Source of the DNA: a virus
Lineage: Duplodnaviria; Caudoviricetes
IMG/VR virus record: IMGVR_UViG_3300023261_000002
Coordinates: 1 to 53,686 of that record
Direction: 5' to 3' (one strand)
Length of the DNA: 53,686 nt
This document shows positions 17,690-27,327 of this stretch, in pieces (position 1 is the stretch's first letter; the number at the start of each line of letters is the position of its first letter). The notes below the pieces were generated by a model. That model made no database searches and was not told where the DNA came from. It saw only the letters and a list, made by a program, of their open reading frames with translations. The position numbers and the translations under genes are program-made.

Positions 17690-18526
17690 ATGACTGAATA
17701 CAAGGTTATCGAAAAACACAGAGTAGTCTATGAGAAACAAGAACCGACATATTACTCAAAAATGCCGAAAATGGCGCTTGAAGAATTAACGCCCTACGAA
17801 TTAGCACTCTATGCAAATTACAAGCAAACAGCTAGCGAGAATGGGGCGGCGTTCAAAAGCAATAAAACACTCTCCAAAGAATGCAAAATGAGCATCCGTA
17901 TGATTCAAGAGTGTAGAAAGTCCCTTGAGACCAAAGGCTTTATCCATTGTACTTACGAATCGAATGAGCAAGGCGTAGTTACATCATCCGTGATTGTACA
18001 AATTGTGGACATTTGGGAACTAAACCATAAGCGCTATTCCAAGAAAGACCCCATGCAGGTGGTGCATACCCCCCATGCACATGATGCACACCCCCATGCA
18101 GGTGGTGCACCCAAAGAAGAACTTAATAATAAAGAACCAAAGAAAGAAAAAGATATTGCGCCTAAAGTCGCTAGCAATGGAAAAGCCTTACCCAAAGAAA
18201 AGAAACCTGCTGAGTATTTAGCTGATGCAATGGGTATAGCTTTAGTAAAGGCCGATTGGAGCAACTATACCAAAGTAGCCAAGACACTTAACGATTCAGG
18301 CGTTAGCTGTGATGAGTTCATTGGGTATGTCCTTGAAGTAAAGAAACAGGCGGCGGCGCAAAAGTGGGAGCTATCGGTCAATAGCCTTGTTTCAAACGGA
18401 CGTGTCTCGAAATACATCACCCAGCGCGATGCTTACAAAGTAGCGCCTAAGCACCATAGCACTAACAACTCGCAAGACTTAACCGCCCAAGCCATGCATG
18501 AGATTTTGAAAGGTCAGAAGTCATGA
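17690..18526 (+). CDS. Replication initiator (wHTH, lambda-O-like organisation)
   Basis: 'SNKTLSKECKMSIRMIQECRKSLETKGFI' HTH; internal iterons; upstream of the helicase. Confidence 0.75.
   Translation: MTEYKVIEKHRVVYEKQEPTYYSKMPKMALEELTPYELALYANYKQTASENGAAFKSNKTLSKECKMSIRMIQECRKSLETKGFIHCTYESNEQGVVTSSVIVQIVDIWELNHKRYSKKDPMQVVHTPHAHDAHPHAGGAPKEELNNKEPKKEKDIAPKVASNGKALPKEKKPAEYLADAMGIALVKADWSNYTKVAKTLNDSGVSCDEFIGYVLEVKKQAAAQKWELSVNSLVSNGRVSKYITQRDAYKVAPKHHSTNNSQDLTAQAMHEILKGQKS
18049..18109 (+). repeat. Three 18-bp iterons (putative origin)
   Basis: CCCCATGCAGGTGGTGCA 18049-66, CCCCATGCACATGATGCA 18071-88, CCCCATGCAGGTGGTGCA 18092-109; A-rich tract follows. Confidence 0.75.
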
Positions 18527-20055
18527 ACATGAAAGCATTTTCTATAGAGGCGTGGCAACAAACCGCCGATTACATCCTAGCCCCATTGGTTGCCGAGGAA
18601 GGGCTTGGTTTGGGGCACTCTCATTACTGGAAAACGGTAGAAAACCAAGTCTTGGCGATGCACTTTCCAGAGGGGCAGTGGAAAACGGTTTATTTAGCCC
18701 TTCAAGACTTAATTATCAGCCAAAGGGCTATTCACATGACAACCCTACAGAATGCGCTATATGGGCAAGTATCGCCTGAATATATCGCGATTCTATTCAC
18801 ACTCTGCCAGAAGAATAGCACGCTGCTCAATGGGGTATTCGATGCCAACCTAGCTACCCTGCGTAACTTTGGGGAACGCAACTACGCCATAGGCAAGCTT
18901 AACGCTGGCATTAGCGCGCTCACAGCAGGGGATAAGCGTGGGCAAGAGGGGGTTATCTCGGATACAATCGCTAGCCTCATGACTAGCGGCGCTGAAACCA
19001 TTCAAGGCGAAACAGCCGAGAGTATGGCGAATGACTTTGAAAGCTTTATGAACGATGCCCCACAACGCACAATCAAGACGAATGTGGATATTGTGGATTA
19101 CTGGACGGGCGGTATTGCAGTTGGGGAATTTATGGCAATCGTGGGTGCGATGAAACAGCGCAAAACCACGCTGTTACTCAATATGCTAATTAACATGGCA
19201 CGACAAGGGCATAGCTGTAGCTTGATGATGTTTGAAAGCAATAAGCGCATGATTAACGCCGCAATTGTCGCCATGCTTGGTGTTGAATGGGTTTGGAATA
19301 TGGGCTACTACGGCAAAGCAGATTGCAACGCCAACGGGGTGATTACAGGCAACTGCGAACAGATTTGGGTAAAGTCCTTAGTCAAGCTCCAAAAGAACTT
19401 TTTCACATTAGGCCGTTATCGCGCTGAAGCTGTGCGTTATGGCATTAGCGAACTCAAGAAACTAGAAAGCAATTTGCGGATATATGATAGAAGTAAAGAC
19501 GGCGGCGCGCTCACAGATACCGCTAGCGCCTACCGTTTGGCGCTTCGAGACAAGGCGCTTTATGACACCGAATTTCTAGCGCTAGACCATGCACAACGCA
19601 TTGCTGAGGAGGGGAAAACCGATTATGAAATTCTTCTAAAAGTAGTGCCATTCATGGAAGCCCTAGCGCGGCGCGAAGATATTGCAGTTTGCCTGCTCGC
19701 CCAACTTGCTACCGACAAGGCCGAGGGCACAGGGGATAGTCATTTTAGTGGAGTAAGAGGTGGGGCAAAATTGGATGAAGCTGTCGATTCGATGTTTAGT
19801 ATTGTATATAGGGGTAAATCGGAAAACGGGCGCTATCCCAACGATGTACTCAAGATTACAGCACAGCAATCGCGCTATGGGGATGGTGGGGCAGGCACAA
19901 GCGCTTTTGTAGCAATTGACCCTAATTCGGGATGGTTCCCACACGGCGGCAAAAAGTTAAGCGCTGTGCATCAAGACGGGGGCAATGTTTTGTTTCCTGA
20001 TACGCGTAAGCCCTCCGATTATGTTAGCAGCAAGTATGACGAAAGTGAGGACTAA
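18523..20055 (+). CDS. DnaB-like SF4 replicative helicase
   Basis: 'GGIAVGEFMAIVGAMKQRKTT' Walker A variant, 'MMFESN', 'ALDHAQ', 'LLAQL', 'QSRYG'. Confidence 0.8.
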   Translation: MNMKAFSIEAWQQTADYILAPLVAEEGLGLGHSHYWKTVENQVLAMHFPEGQWKTVYLALQDLIISQRAIHMTTLQNALYGQVSPEYIAILFTLCQKNSTLLNGVFDANLATLRNFGERNYAIGKLNAGISALTAGDKRGQEGVISDTIASLMTSGAETIQGETAESMANDFESFMNDAPQRTIKTNVDIVDYWTGGIAVGEFMAIVGAMKQRKTTLLLNMLINMARQGHSCSLMMFESNKRMINAAIVAMLGVEWVWNMGYYGKADCNANGVITGNCEQIWVKSLVKLQKNFFTLGRYRAEAVRYGISELKKLESNLRIYDRSKDGGALTDTASAYRLALRDKALYDTEFLALDHAQRIAEEGKTDYEILLKVVPFMEALARREDIAVCLLAQLATDKAEGTGDSHFSGVRGGAKLDEAVDSMFSIVYRGKSENGRYPNDVLKITAQQSRYGDGGAGTSAFVAIDPNSGWFPHGGKKLSAVHQDGGNVLFPDTRKPSDYVSSKYDESED

Positions 20056-21012
20056 GTGAATACGCCGTCTAAGTTTTTTCAAGAGTTATACCGTAGCGTC
20101 ACGCATGGCTATGCCGAAATTCGCTTGCTACATCACACAGGCGATATTAGCCTAGCTAAGAAAATCTATCGCCCTGCTATGAGTATTCATGAATGCAATT
20201 TTGATTACCTAACTGAGATGAATGAACAGGGCTACCATATCTATCATCGTGTCAATATCTCAGAAAAACCGCAAAGCAAGAAAGCGGATATAAGCCAAGT
20301 AGTCGCGCTATGGCTTGAGATTGACAATAACGATAGCAGCATCGAGGAACGCTTGATTGAATACCACTTTCCGCCAACTGCTGTGATTCACAGCGGTTCA
20401 GGATACCATGCTTATTGGTTGCTAAAAGAACCTCAAATCATTGATAGTCAACGGGCGCTTTTGGAACTGGAGCGCACGCTAGAGGGCATGATTTTAGATT
20501 GGGGTGCGGATAGTGGGGCAGATAAGCACACGAAAGATATAACGCGCATTCTGAGAACGCCGCATTTTTACAATATCAAAGCGAAATATGCCCCAGATTA
20601 TCCCCAAGCACGCATTGTTTGGTATGACGATTCACAGGGGGATAGGTATAAGTTTGCCCACTTGCACAAGCGCTATGCCCCTTTAGGCGCGCCAATTACA
20701 CCCCCTATCCGCCGCGCATTGCCTGTGCTAAACCGCAATGATAAGCCCAAATGGATACAAAACTATCTCGAAACAGGGGAAGGTGAGGGCAACCGTAACC
20801 AGCGCTTATTCGTTGTAGCGCGTTGGTTCTGCGATGTTGGCAACAAATCGGCTGAAGTAGAGCAAGATTTAATTAGTCGGGCGCTCGCTGATGGGCTTTC
20901 CCAAGCGGAGGCTGTAGCAACAATCCGCAGCGCATGGGCACAAGCGCCAAACCCTGCCAACAGTTTACCTAGTCACATGAGGCGCATTATTAGCTTAGAG
21001 GATAACGAATAG
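20056..21012 (+). CDS. RepB-like (AEP) primase with PriCT-type C-terminal domain
   Basis: 'ALWLEID', 'PPTAVIHSGSGYHAYW', 'DITRILRTP', 'GEGNRNQRLF..EAVATIRSA'. Confidence 0.82.
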   Translation: MNTPSKFFQELYRSVTHGYAEIRLLHHTGDISLAKKIYRPAMSIHECNFDYLTEMNEQGYHIYHRVNISEKPQSKKADISQVVALWLEIDNNDSSIEERLIEYHFPPTAVIHSGSGYHAYWLLKEPQIIDSQRALLELERTLEGMILDWGADSGADKHTKDITRILRTPHFYNIKAKYAPDYPQARIVWYDDSQGDRYKFAHLHKRYAPLGAPITPPIRRALPVLNRNDKPKWIQNYLETGEGEGNRNQRLFVVARWFCDVGNKSAEVEQDLISRALADGLSQAEAVATIRSAWAQAPNPANSLPSHMRRIISLEDNE

Positions 21013-21020
21013 GGGATAGC

Positions 21021-21416
21021 ATGAAAACAATTGAAATGTACACCGATGGCGCGGCTATTAGCAATCCGAACGGTTTTGCAGGCGCTGGCATTGTCTTATT
21101 GTATAATGGCGTAAAGAAAGAATTTGCCATTCCATTAGGGATTAATAGCAACTTTCGGGCGGAACTATGCGCGATTATCGAGGGGCTAAAGCTTTTGAAA
21201 GAACCTTGTACCGTTCACTTATTCTCGGATGCACAAGTGGTTATTGATATCATCAACGGGGATAAGCAGGCAAGCTCTAATCTGGACTTATGGAAAGATT
21301 ATCGCTTTGCAAGTTCTGAGCATAAGGTTATCGCTACGTGGATACGCAAAGACTCGAATGAGTGGAATAAGGTAGCACACAAGTTAGCTAATCAAGCCGC
21401 ATATTCACAGAGATAA
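21021..21416 (+). CDS. rnhA: Ribonuclease HI
   Basis: 'YTDGA..NP..GAG', 'NFRAELCAIIEGL', 'LFSDAQ', 'NLDLW', 'N..AHKLA'. Confidence 0.85.
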   Translation: MKTIEMYTDGAAISNPNGFAGAGIVLLYNGVKKEFAIPLGINSNFRAELCAIIEGLKLLKEPCTVHLFSDAQVVIDIINGDKQASSNLDLWKDYRFASSEHKVIATWIRKDSNEWNKVAHKLANQAAYSQR

Positions 21417-21422
21417 AGGAAA

Positions 21423-21707
21423 ATGAACATGGCAGAATTTTACTATAGCGAAACAGGTTGGTATATCACAGATAATCACGGCAAAACTATCAGCCCATTC
21501 GTAATCGGGGAAACGATTAAGCACCGACTCAAACATGGCGATGGCAAGCTAATCGAATTGACAATTGAAACTATATTCAATGCAGGCGTTTCGGCTGATA
21601 TTTACTCAATTCCTTTTGAACGCTTGTTTGAGGAAAACCCTCGCCCATTATCGCGCAAGGATTTTCTTAAGCAGGTGGATAAGTTTCTTGAGATAGCCAA
21701 GCAATAG
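21423..21707 (+). CDS. Hypothetical protein
   Basis: AAGGA RBS. Confidence 0.55.
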   Translation: MNMAEFYYSETGWYITDNHGKTISPFVIGETIKHRLKHGDGKLIELTIETIFNAGVSADIYSIPFERLFEENPRPLSRKDFLKQVDKFLEIAKQ

Positions 21708-21818
21708 CTTGCGCCAATCGCCAATCCGCGCTATGCTTAACACAATGACCGATAGCATACGCGCCTTAATAATCAAACGGTGTCTGTAGATAGCTCTTTG
21801 TCTGGCATTATACGAATT

Positions 21819-21850
21819 AAAGCCTTGTGTCGCTTACGCAAGGCTTTTTT
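21819..21850 (+). terminator. Rho-independent terminator
   Basis: AAGCCTTGTGT-CGCTT-ACGCAAGGCTTTTTT. Confidence 0.75.
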
Positions 21851-21869
21851 GTTGCAAGTAGCAGAAAAC

Positions 21870-21902
21870 AAAAGCGGCCTAGTTATTCGCTAGACCGCTT
21901 TT
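21870..21902. terminator. Bidirectional terminator ending the minus-strand hydrolase gene
   Basis: AAAAGCGGCCTAG-TTATTCG-CTAGACCGCTTTT. Confidence 0.7.
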
Positions 21903-21953
21903 GCACAGGAAGGAAGTTTATGCGTCAATCGTTTACTCAATTACAGAATAAGG

Positions 21954-23504
21954 CTAAAACACGGGACTGTCAAGTTTTGCGGCTTTAAGCGCTTCTAGCT
22001 CCAACTTTGCACTCGCAATTTCCAATTCTGCGTTAGCGATTATCTTATCCAAGTCAGCCTCAGATACGGTAATTGATACACTCCCGTTCCACCGAACCAC
22101 GAATTGCTTAGGTGGGGGTGGGGGCGTTTCAGTATGCTTGAACTCGAAAGCTAGGGTATCTGCTACCCAACCTTGTCTCAAAACACCGTAGGATACAACC
22201 TCAATCATGTACCAGTTATAGCCCTCAAAAGGCTTGTACTCTTTGGATAGCATACAATCTGTCCACGTTTGCGGAATAACGCCAATTACGCCCTCATTTG
22301 GCTTGCTACGAATATTGCTCCCTGTGATGCTTCTTACTTGTGCTGGATATAGAGTAAAGCTGGGGAATGTAGGCTCAGGGGTAGGCGTAGGAACGGGCGT
22401 AGGCGTGGCATATACCTCAGTGTTAATCATGCCTAGCAGGTTCTTACGGAATAGTTCAAATTCTGGCCTATCGAAATTGCTTCCAGCATGTTTGTGTGTG
22501 CCATCGGGCTTGCCATCGTAGCCGTAGCCCCATTGTGCATTCAGCGCAAAGATACACGCGCCTTTGAATGCGCTGTGGTAAAAGATATTTTTACGGGCGT
22601 GACGGAATAGGGCATATAGGGAATGTTGGAAGTCTAGCCCCTCGGCACTAAAGAACTCAGTCAAGTAACGTTCCCAACATTGCACGCCGCGAGGGTCACG
22701 CATAAAAGCATCTATGCCATACTTAGCGCGCCATGCTTCTTTAAGCTGTGGATTTTGCCCAAGCACGTTATCCACTAAGCATTCAGTGAGATAGATTTCA
22801 GGCGTAAAGCCTAAAGCCTCACAAGCTTGGATAATGCGGTAAGGTTCTGCGAGAAGCCAACCGCCATGACTTATAGGCCAGCGTTCATCTTTCATGTAGG
22901 CACGCGCTTTTTTAGCATCTAGCACGATGTCTAGCGGCGCTGTTTCGCCAGCTTCAAACGGAATCGCTCCATAGCTGTGGTAGCTAATCGCCTGCTTGTA
23001 TTCCTTAAGCGCAAGCCATAACGGGCGGTATATTGTGGGGACGGTTTTTTCTGGTAGGCTCCCGACTGAGAACGCGCCGATTGCTAGCTTAATACCTGCA
23101 TTCGCGGCGGCTTCTACCATGTCGAGACAGCGCTCGACATAAACCTGAGATGTTAGGTCATCCCCACTACCTATCTGCGGCTCATTTACAGGGTCATCAA
23201 AGACAACGCGCTTACACAATTCTGTGCCTAGCTGTGTCCGTACCCACGCCCAGTTTCTCTGATATTCTACCGCGCTAGGGTAGGCGGAAAAGTCACCTTC
23301 CAATCTGCTGAATACGCGCACGATTAGCGTGATATTGGGTAGGGCATTGAGATAGCGCTTGATGTTGTCTATATCGCCAATTTTGAGGAATGGCGTGGTG
23401 TTGTCTACCATGATTAAGTGGGTATGCGCCCGACTATCGCGCATGGCTTGGACAATACGTTCAAAGCTTAAGCTGCTTGTGTCACAGTTCCATCCGAACT
23501 CCAT
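21954..23504 (-). CDS. Clan GH-A-like glycoside hydrolase + Pro/Thr linker + SH3b-like domain; putative endolysin
   Basis: 'VNEP' acid/base, 'SYHSY', 'YLTE' nucleophile; 'TPTPVPTPTPEP' linker; 'SNIRSKP..WY.I..GWVA'. Confidence 0.6.
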   Translation of the reverse strand: MEFGWNCDTSSLSFERIVQAMRDSRAHTHLIMVDNTTPFLKIGDIDNIKRYLNALPNITLIVRVFSRLEGDFSAYPSAVEYQRNWAWVRTQLGTELCKRVVFDDPVNEPQIGSGDDLTSQVYVERCLDMVEAAANAGIKLAIGAFSVGSLPEKTVPTIYRPLWLALKEYKQAISYHSYGAIPFEAGETAPLDIVLDAKKARAYMKDERWPISHGGWLLAEPYRIIQACEALGFTPEIYLTECLVDNVLGQNPQLKEAWRAKYGIDAFMRDPRGVQCWERYLTEFFSAEGLDFQHSLYALFRHARKNIFYHSAFKGACIFALNAQWGYGYDGKPDGTHKHAGSNFDRPEFELFRKNLLGMINTEVYATPTPVPTPTPEPTFPSFTLYPAQVRSITGSNIRSKPNEGVIGVIPQTWTDCMLSKEYKPFEGYNWYMIEVVSYGVLRQGWVADTLAFEFKHTETPPPPPKQFVVRWNGSVSITVSEADLDKIIANAELEIASAKLELEALKAAKLDSPVF

Positions 23505-23764
23505 TGAATAACCTTTCTTTTTAGCTACTAGTATAGCTTAAGAAAGCAAAAAGAGCGCTACCCCTTTGAAAAGTGCGCTCTTTCGCCGAATATTATTGGC
23601 AACCAAGTGAATTTGTCAGTTACTTGATTGGTTTTATTATACCTAAAATTCTAATTTTGTGCTATAATAATACAAGGCTAGTGCATCGAACACGAACGGG
23701 GCGGAATCCATCACCGCCCTTGCCCAAACTCTAAAATGATGGAAAGGCGAAAGATGGAATCGCA

Positions 23765-24667
23765 ATGAACAAACCCTCTAAGAATCAGCTAGAACTCTTT
23801 TCTTTAGTCCCCTATACCCGTGACCGCGCCGCCGCTACAGTGGTAAAACCAGCGCCGTTACAGACCGCCGAAAAATTCAACTTTGCACTACAGCACTATG
23901 CTCCTATCGAATCAGGGCAAGAATACCAATACGCCATTCTTGATTGGATAACAGGGTTAACGGGTGATTCCCAGCGACAAGCTACAAAGTCATGGGGCAA
24001 TATGAAAAATCAGTTGTCCATTTCAATCGGACAACTGGACTATCTCGCCTCTGATGGCAAAACCTACCAATCGGATTATACCAACGCCAAAGGCTTGTAC
24101 ATGGTTGCTCAGTCTTTGCGCGTGACTACAGCACGTCCTCAACTTAAAGAAATTCGGAATTTTCTAGCCTCTAGCGCCGCATGGGTAGAACTGATAGCCC
24201 GTGACCGCGCCGCCGCTACAGTGGCAGTAAAGCAGCTTTCTAAGCGCCATGCTATTCGTGAGGAAGGCGTGAAAAAGCGCAAAGTCTTTACCAAGACAGC
24301 ACAAGAAACCCATATCACAGGCAAACCACGTTACGACATTTTGACGAATGTCATTTATCACAAGATAGGGCGAACTGTTAGCGAACAATACGCGGCGCGT
24401 GAAATTGCCGATTTATTAGGGCTAACAGATAAGGAAACTAAACGGATGCGCGATTTCTTCAATCCCCTGCTAGATAGCGCGATTAGCATGGCAGAGGAAG
24501 CGTCTACATTGAGAATGCAAACATCGGGGCGCAAGCTATCCACAGATGAACAGATTGCCATTGTAAAGCAATGTGCTCGCACCGTTGCCCCTGTTGCGTG
24601 GGAATTGGCAAATATGGCAGGCGTTGACTTGGTAACGAATCAGCCTTTACTCGGAAAGGGGCAATAA
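23765..24667 (+). CDS. BRO-like/antirepressor-type DNA-binding protein
   Basis: 'YAILDWITGLT..W..MK..ASDGKTYQSDYTNAKGLY.VAQSL'; promoter TGTGCTATAAT at 23658-23668. Confidence 0.6.
   Translation: MNKPSKNQLELFSLVPYTRDRAAATVVKPAPLQTAEKFNFALQHYAPIESGQEYQYAILDWITGLTGDSQRQATKSWGNMKNQLSISIGQLDYLASDGKTYQSDYTNAKGLYMVAQSLRVTTARPQLKEIRNFLASSAAWVELIARDRAAATVAVKQLSKRHAIREEGVKKRKVFTKTAQETHITGKPRYDILTNVIYHKIGRTVSEQYAAREIADLLGLTDKETKRMRDFFNPLLDSAISMAEEASTLRMQTSGRKLSTDEQIAIVKQCARTVAPVAWELANMAGVDLVTNQPLLGKGQ
23817..24224 (+). repeat. 27-bp in-frame direct repeat (23817-23843 and 24198-24224)
   Basis: CCCGTGACCGCGCCGCCGCTACAGTGG twice, 381 bp apart (RDRAAATV). Confidence 0.9.
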
Positions 24668-24933
24668 TGGCAGAGCAATTAGAGCGCCGCGCTAAGTGGT
24701 GGTTTATGTATCAAAACCCAACGCCCTCCAGTATCGAGATTTACACCGAGAACGAAGACTGGGAAGCGCTTAGGGATGATATAAAGCCGATGCGCTACGA
24801 TGGTTACAATTATGCCAGAAATTGCGCGCTGTTTATTGGGTGCAAGTTTGCGGAAAGTTCCGAGCTTGAAGATATGCTAAAGACAGTCAAGATGCTGGCA
24901 AAGTGGAAACGTAGTCACGAAGAAAAATCTTAA
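24667..24933 (+). CDS. Hypothetical protein
   Basis: TAATG coupling. Confidence 0.55.
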   Translation: MAEQLERRAKWWFMYQNPTPSSIEIYTENEDWEALRDDIKPMRYDGYNYARNCALFIGCKFAESSELEDMLKTVKMLAKWKRSHEEKS

Positions 24934-25010
24934 GCGCCAAAAACTAAGGTAATTCTGAGTTATCCGCTTGGGTAACTCTTTTGTTCAATTAAGCGAAGGG
25001 GATATGCAAG

Positions 25011-25496
25011 ATGAGAACGCAGCAAGAAATTATCAAGCGGATTGAAGAAATAAAAGACGGGGATTTTTTCGGCTTTGAAACGAGCGATTTAATCAATTAC
25101 CTTGATTTTGAAACAGCGAAGCCTTTTCTCAAGGACACGGCAACGCCTGAATCGTGGCAAAGCGCAAGAGAAGAAAACGGTACAATTGGGGATACATACG
25201 AATGCGCGAAAAAAGAACTTATCGAATACATGCCCTTCGCATGGGATAAGGCTAACGATTGCCGAGGCTTAAGCGCGGCTAGAAGTCTTAATCATTTTTC
25301 CGCTTGGCTTTGGCTAATGGGTGAAGACGCAATGGTGAGAAACATAAAAGCAGGCTATAGCTATTATGGCAAGCCTCACCTTGTTATGATTTGTGAAAAA
25401 TTCGGTATTGATTGGAAATCGCTGGATAATGGCGCATGGGTTAATGATGAGAGCGATGAAGCAGCAACAGCCGAAGAAGTTTTGAATAAGAGATAA
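25011..25496 (+). CDS. Hypothetical phage protein
   Basis: 161 aa; AAGGGGA RBS. Confidence 0.65.
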   Translation: MRTQQEIIKRIEEIKDGDFFGFETSDLINYLDFETAKPFLKDTATPESWQSAREENGTIGDTYECAKKELIEYMPFAWDKANDCRGLSAARSLNHFSAWLWLMGEDAMVRNIKAGYSYYGKPHLVMICEKFGIDWKSLDNGAWVNDESDEAATAEEVLNKR

Positions 25497-25543
25497 GCAT
25501 CGTGAACGGGGCTACTTGTTAGCCCCACTAAAGGAGTAGGGGA

Positions 25544-25750
25544 ATGCCAACATACGTTACGCGCAAAGGTAAGCTAATTGCTGAGATAAAAGAGGAATAC
25601 GGGGATAACAAAGACGGGATTATCCTAGCACAGGCTGCGCGGATTGAAGCGCTTAATCAGGCCGTAGCGCAAGCCAAGCAAGCGCTTGATAATGGCGATA
25701 TTGTAGAGGCGCTGAATATCTTAGATGAAGTGGAAAGGGAGGCGGAATGA
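25544..25750 (+). CDS. Hypothetical protein
   Basis: AAGGAG RBS. Confidence 0.55.
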   Translation: MPTYVTRKGKLIAEIKEEYGDNKDGIILAQAARIEALNQAVAQAKQALDNGDIVEALNILDEVEREAE

Positions 25751-25950
25751 GTGAAACTGAGAAGTACATCGCAATTGGTTCTCTCGCTGGCACTTGTACC
25801 GTATGGGCTAGCTATCTAGTTGTCGAGGCGCTTGGGATTACACCGAACTTAACCATACTTGCCATCACACAAAGCGCCTACTGGGGCTTGCGCCTATGGT
25901 GGCATTATCAGACGAATAAAGAAAAGAGGAAGAATGATGAAAAGCCATAG
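25747..25950 (+). CDS. Small two-TM membrane protein
   Basis: Two hydrophobic segments, basic C-terminus; ATGA overlap. Confidence 0.55.
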   Translation: MSETEKYIAIGSLAGTCTVWASYLVVEALGITPNLTILAITQSAYWGLRLWWHYQTNKEKRKNDEKP

Positions 25951-26254
25951 TGAATACTACGCAGATTGGGAACGTTATTTCGATGAATGCGAGAAAGAGG
26001 GCTTACCAGAGCGAGAGGTTTTAGGCGCTGGTGAGTGGGTAGAATTGCAGATAGAAAAGGACTTTTTGGCGTTAGAAGCAGAGAACGCGCTACTCAAGCA
26101 AGAACTAGCCTTCCTTGCGCGCTTGGATATAGAGGTATCGCGTTGGAACGCGGCGCAAACGGGCAAGCCTAACAGCTTACCAAAGCTTAACGAGATAGCG
26201 GAAATAGAGGAACGAATCTTGAGTATGGTATTGACTGAGAGGGCAGGGAAATGA
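25934..26254 (+). CDS. Hypothetical coiled-coil protein
   Basis: GAGGA RBS before ATG 25934. Confidence 0.55.
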   Translation: MMKSHSEYYADWERYFDECEKEGLPEREVLGAGEWVELQIEKDFLALEAENALLKQELAFLARLDIEVSRWNAAQTGKPNSLPKLNEIAEIEERILSMVLTERAGK

Positions 26255-26649
26255 GTACAGATGATTTTGCAGAGCGCGGTATTGATTACGATTTGAAAGC
26301 CGCAATTGAATATAATGAAAATCCGTTCACAGTTGAGGATATCGAAAAAGTCTTTGCGGTCTACGAAGGCGAAAACGATGGCCCGTCATGGCATTGGGTA
26401 TTAGGGCTTAAGGATAAGCGCTTATTCTATCTTGTTGGCGGCTGTGATTACACAGGTTGGGATTGCCAATCGTGGCTGAGTGCCGAAGAAATCCAAGACT
26501 TTTCAGTGATAGGAGGGCTTGTCGATAATGACGGAGTTCACAGCGTTCTTTTGCCGCAATTGGAGGGGATTAAGCTTGAGACATGGCGCGAAAGAACCGA
26601 TAAGCTAATAGGTGATGTTGATATTATTGACTTGGACGGGGCGCTATGA
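26251..26649 (+). CDS. Hypothetical phage protein
   Basis: 'EGENDGPSWHWV..GGCDYTGWDCQ'; ATGA overlap. Confidence 0.6.
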   Translation: MSTDDFAERGIDYDLKAAIEYNENPFTVEDIEKVFAVYEGENDGPSWHWVLGLKDKRLFYLVGGCDYTGWDCQSWLSAEEIQDFSVIGGLVDNDGVHSVLLPQLEGIKLETWRERTDKLIGDVDIIDLDGAL

Positions 26650-27323
26650 CCGCCCCAATTCTTGACTTTCAATCGGAAACCTACGCCCGTCTATACGCCG
26701 CATATCAGGCCGCGCACGAAGCGACTAAAGAAGCTTGGCAGAATGAAGTAAAGGCGGCGCTGGCATTGCAAGATAGCAAGTCATGGTTAGGGCTTGCGCC
26801 TACATGGAACGAATATTGCCTAAAGTACATGCCTTACACAGCGTCCAGCTATCGCGCCATGAAAGTAGAACTACCGCTATCGGAAGTGATTAGCGCTGTA
26901 ACCACAGCGCAATTGACAACACATGAGACGCGCCAAATACGGGAGCAATTCCAAGAGATAGTAGCATCAGAAGATAGGCGCTTAATCCCCGAATTGTGGG
27001 GTATCTGCTACGCTTATGACGAGAAGGTAGTACCGCGCCGCGATGTGATGAAAGCCGCCTACGAACTGCTTAAAGAGGAACGTGATAACGATTCAATTAG
27101 CTTCGAGGGTATGACGCATAACGTTAAGGATATGGCGCGCAAAATAGCGATTAAAGACGCTGTACTCAATAACATCCAAGCGCATAGCAAGCCAAGCCTA
27201 AAATTGACTTTACAAACCACAGGTGGCTTATTGCAGGAACTAGGCGCTATCTTGCCTAAAGGCGCTATCTTGCCCGAACTAGGGCAGCAAGTTACGTTAC
27301 TATTCGCCAAAAGGGAGGGGTAG
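26646..27323 (+). CDS. Hypothetical protein
   Basis: 225 aa; ATGA overlap. Confidence 0.6.
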   Translation: MTAPILDFQSETYARLYAAYQAAHEATKEAWQNEVKAALALQDSKSWLGLAPTWNEYCLKYMPYTASSYRAMKVELPLSEVISAVTTAQLTTHETRQIREQFQEIVASEDRRLIPELWGICYAYDEKVVPRRDVMKAAYELLKEERDNDSISFEGMTHNVKDMARKIAIKDAVLNNIQAHSKPSLKLTLQTTGGLLQELGAILPKGAILPELGQQVTLLFAKREG

Positions 27324-27327
27324 GAAA

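Noticed and set aside
27236-27283. Tandem AGGCGCTATCTTGCC duplication
   Set aside because: Small in-frame slippage duplication (GAILP twice), not an array
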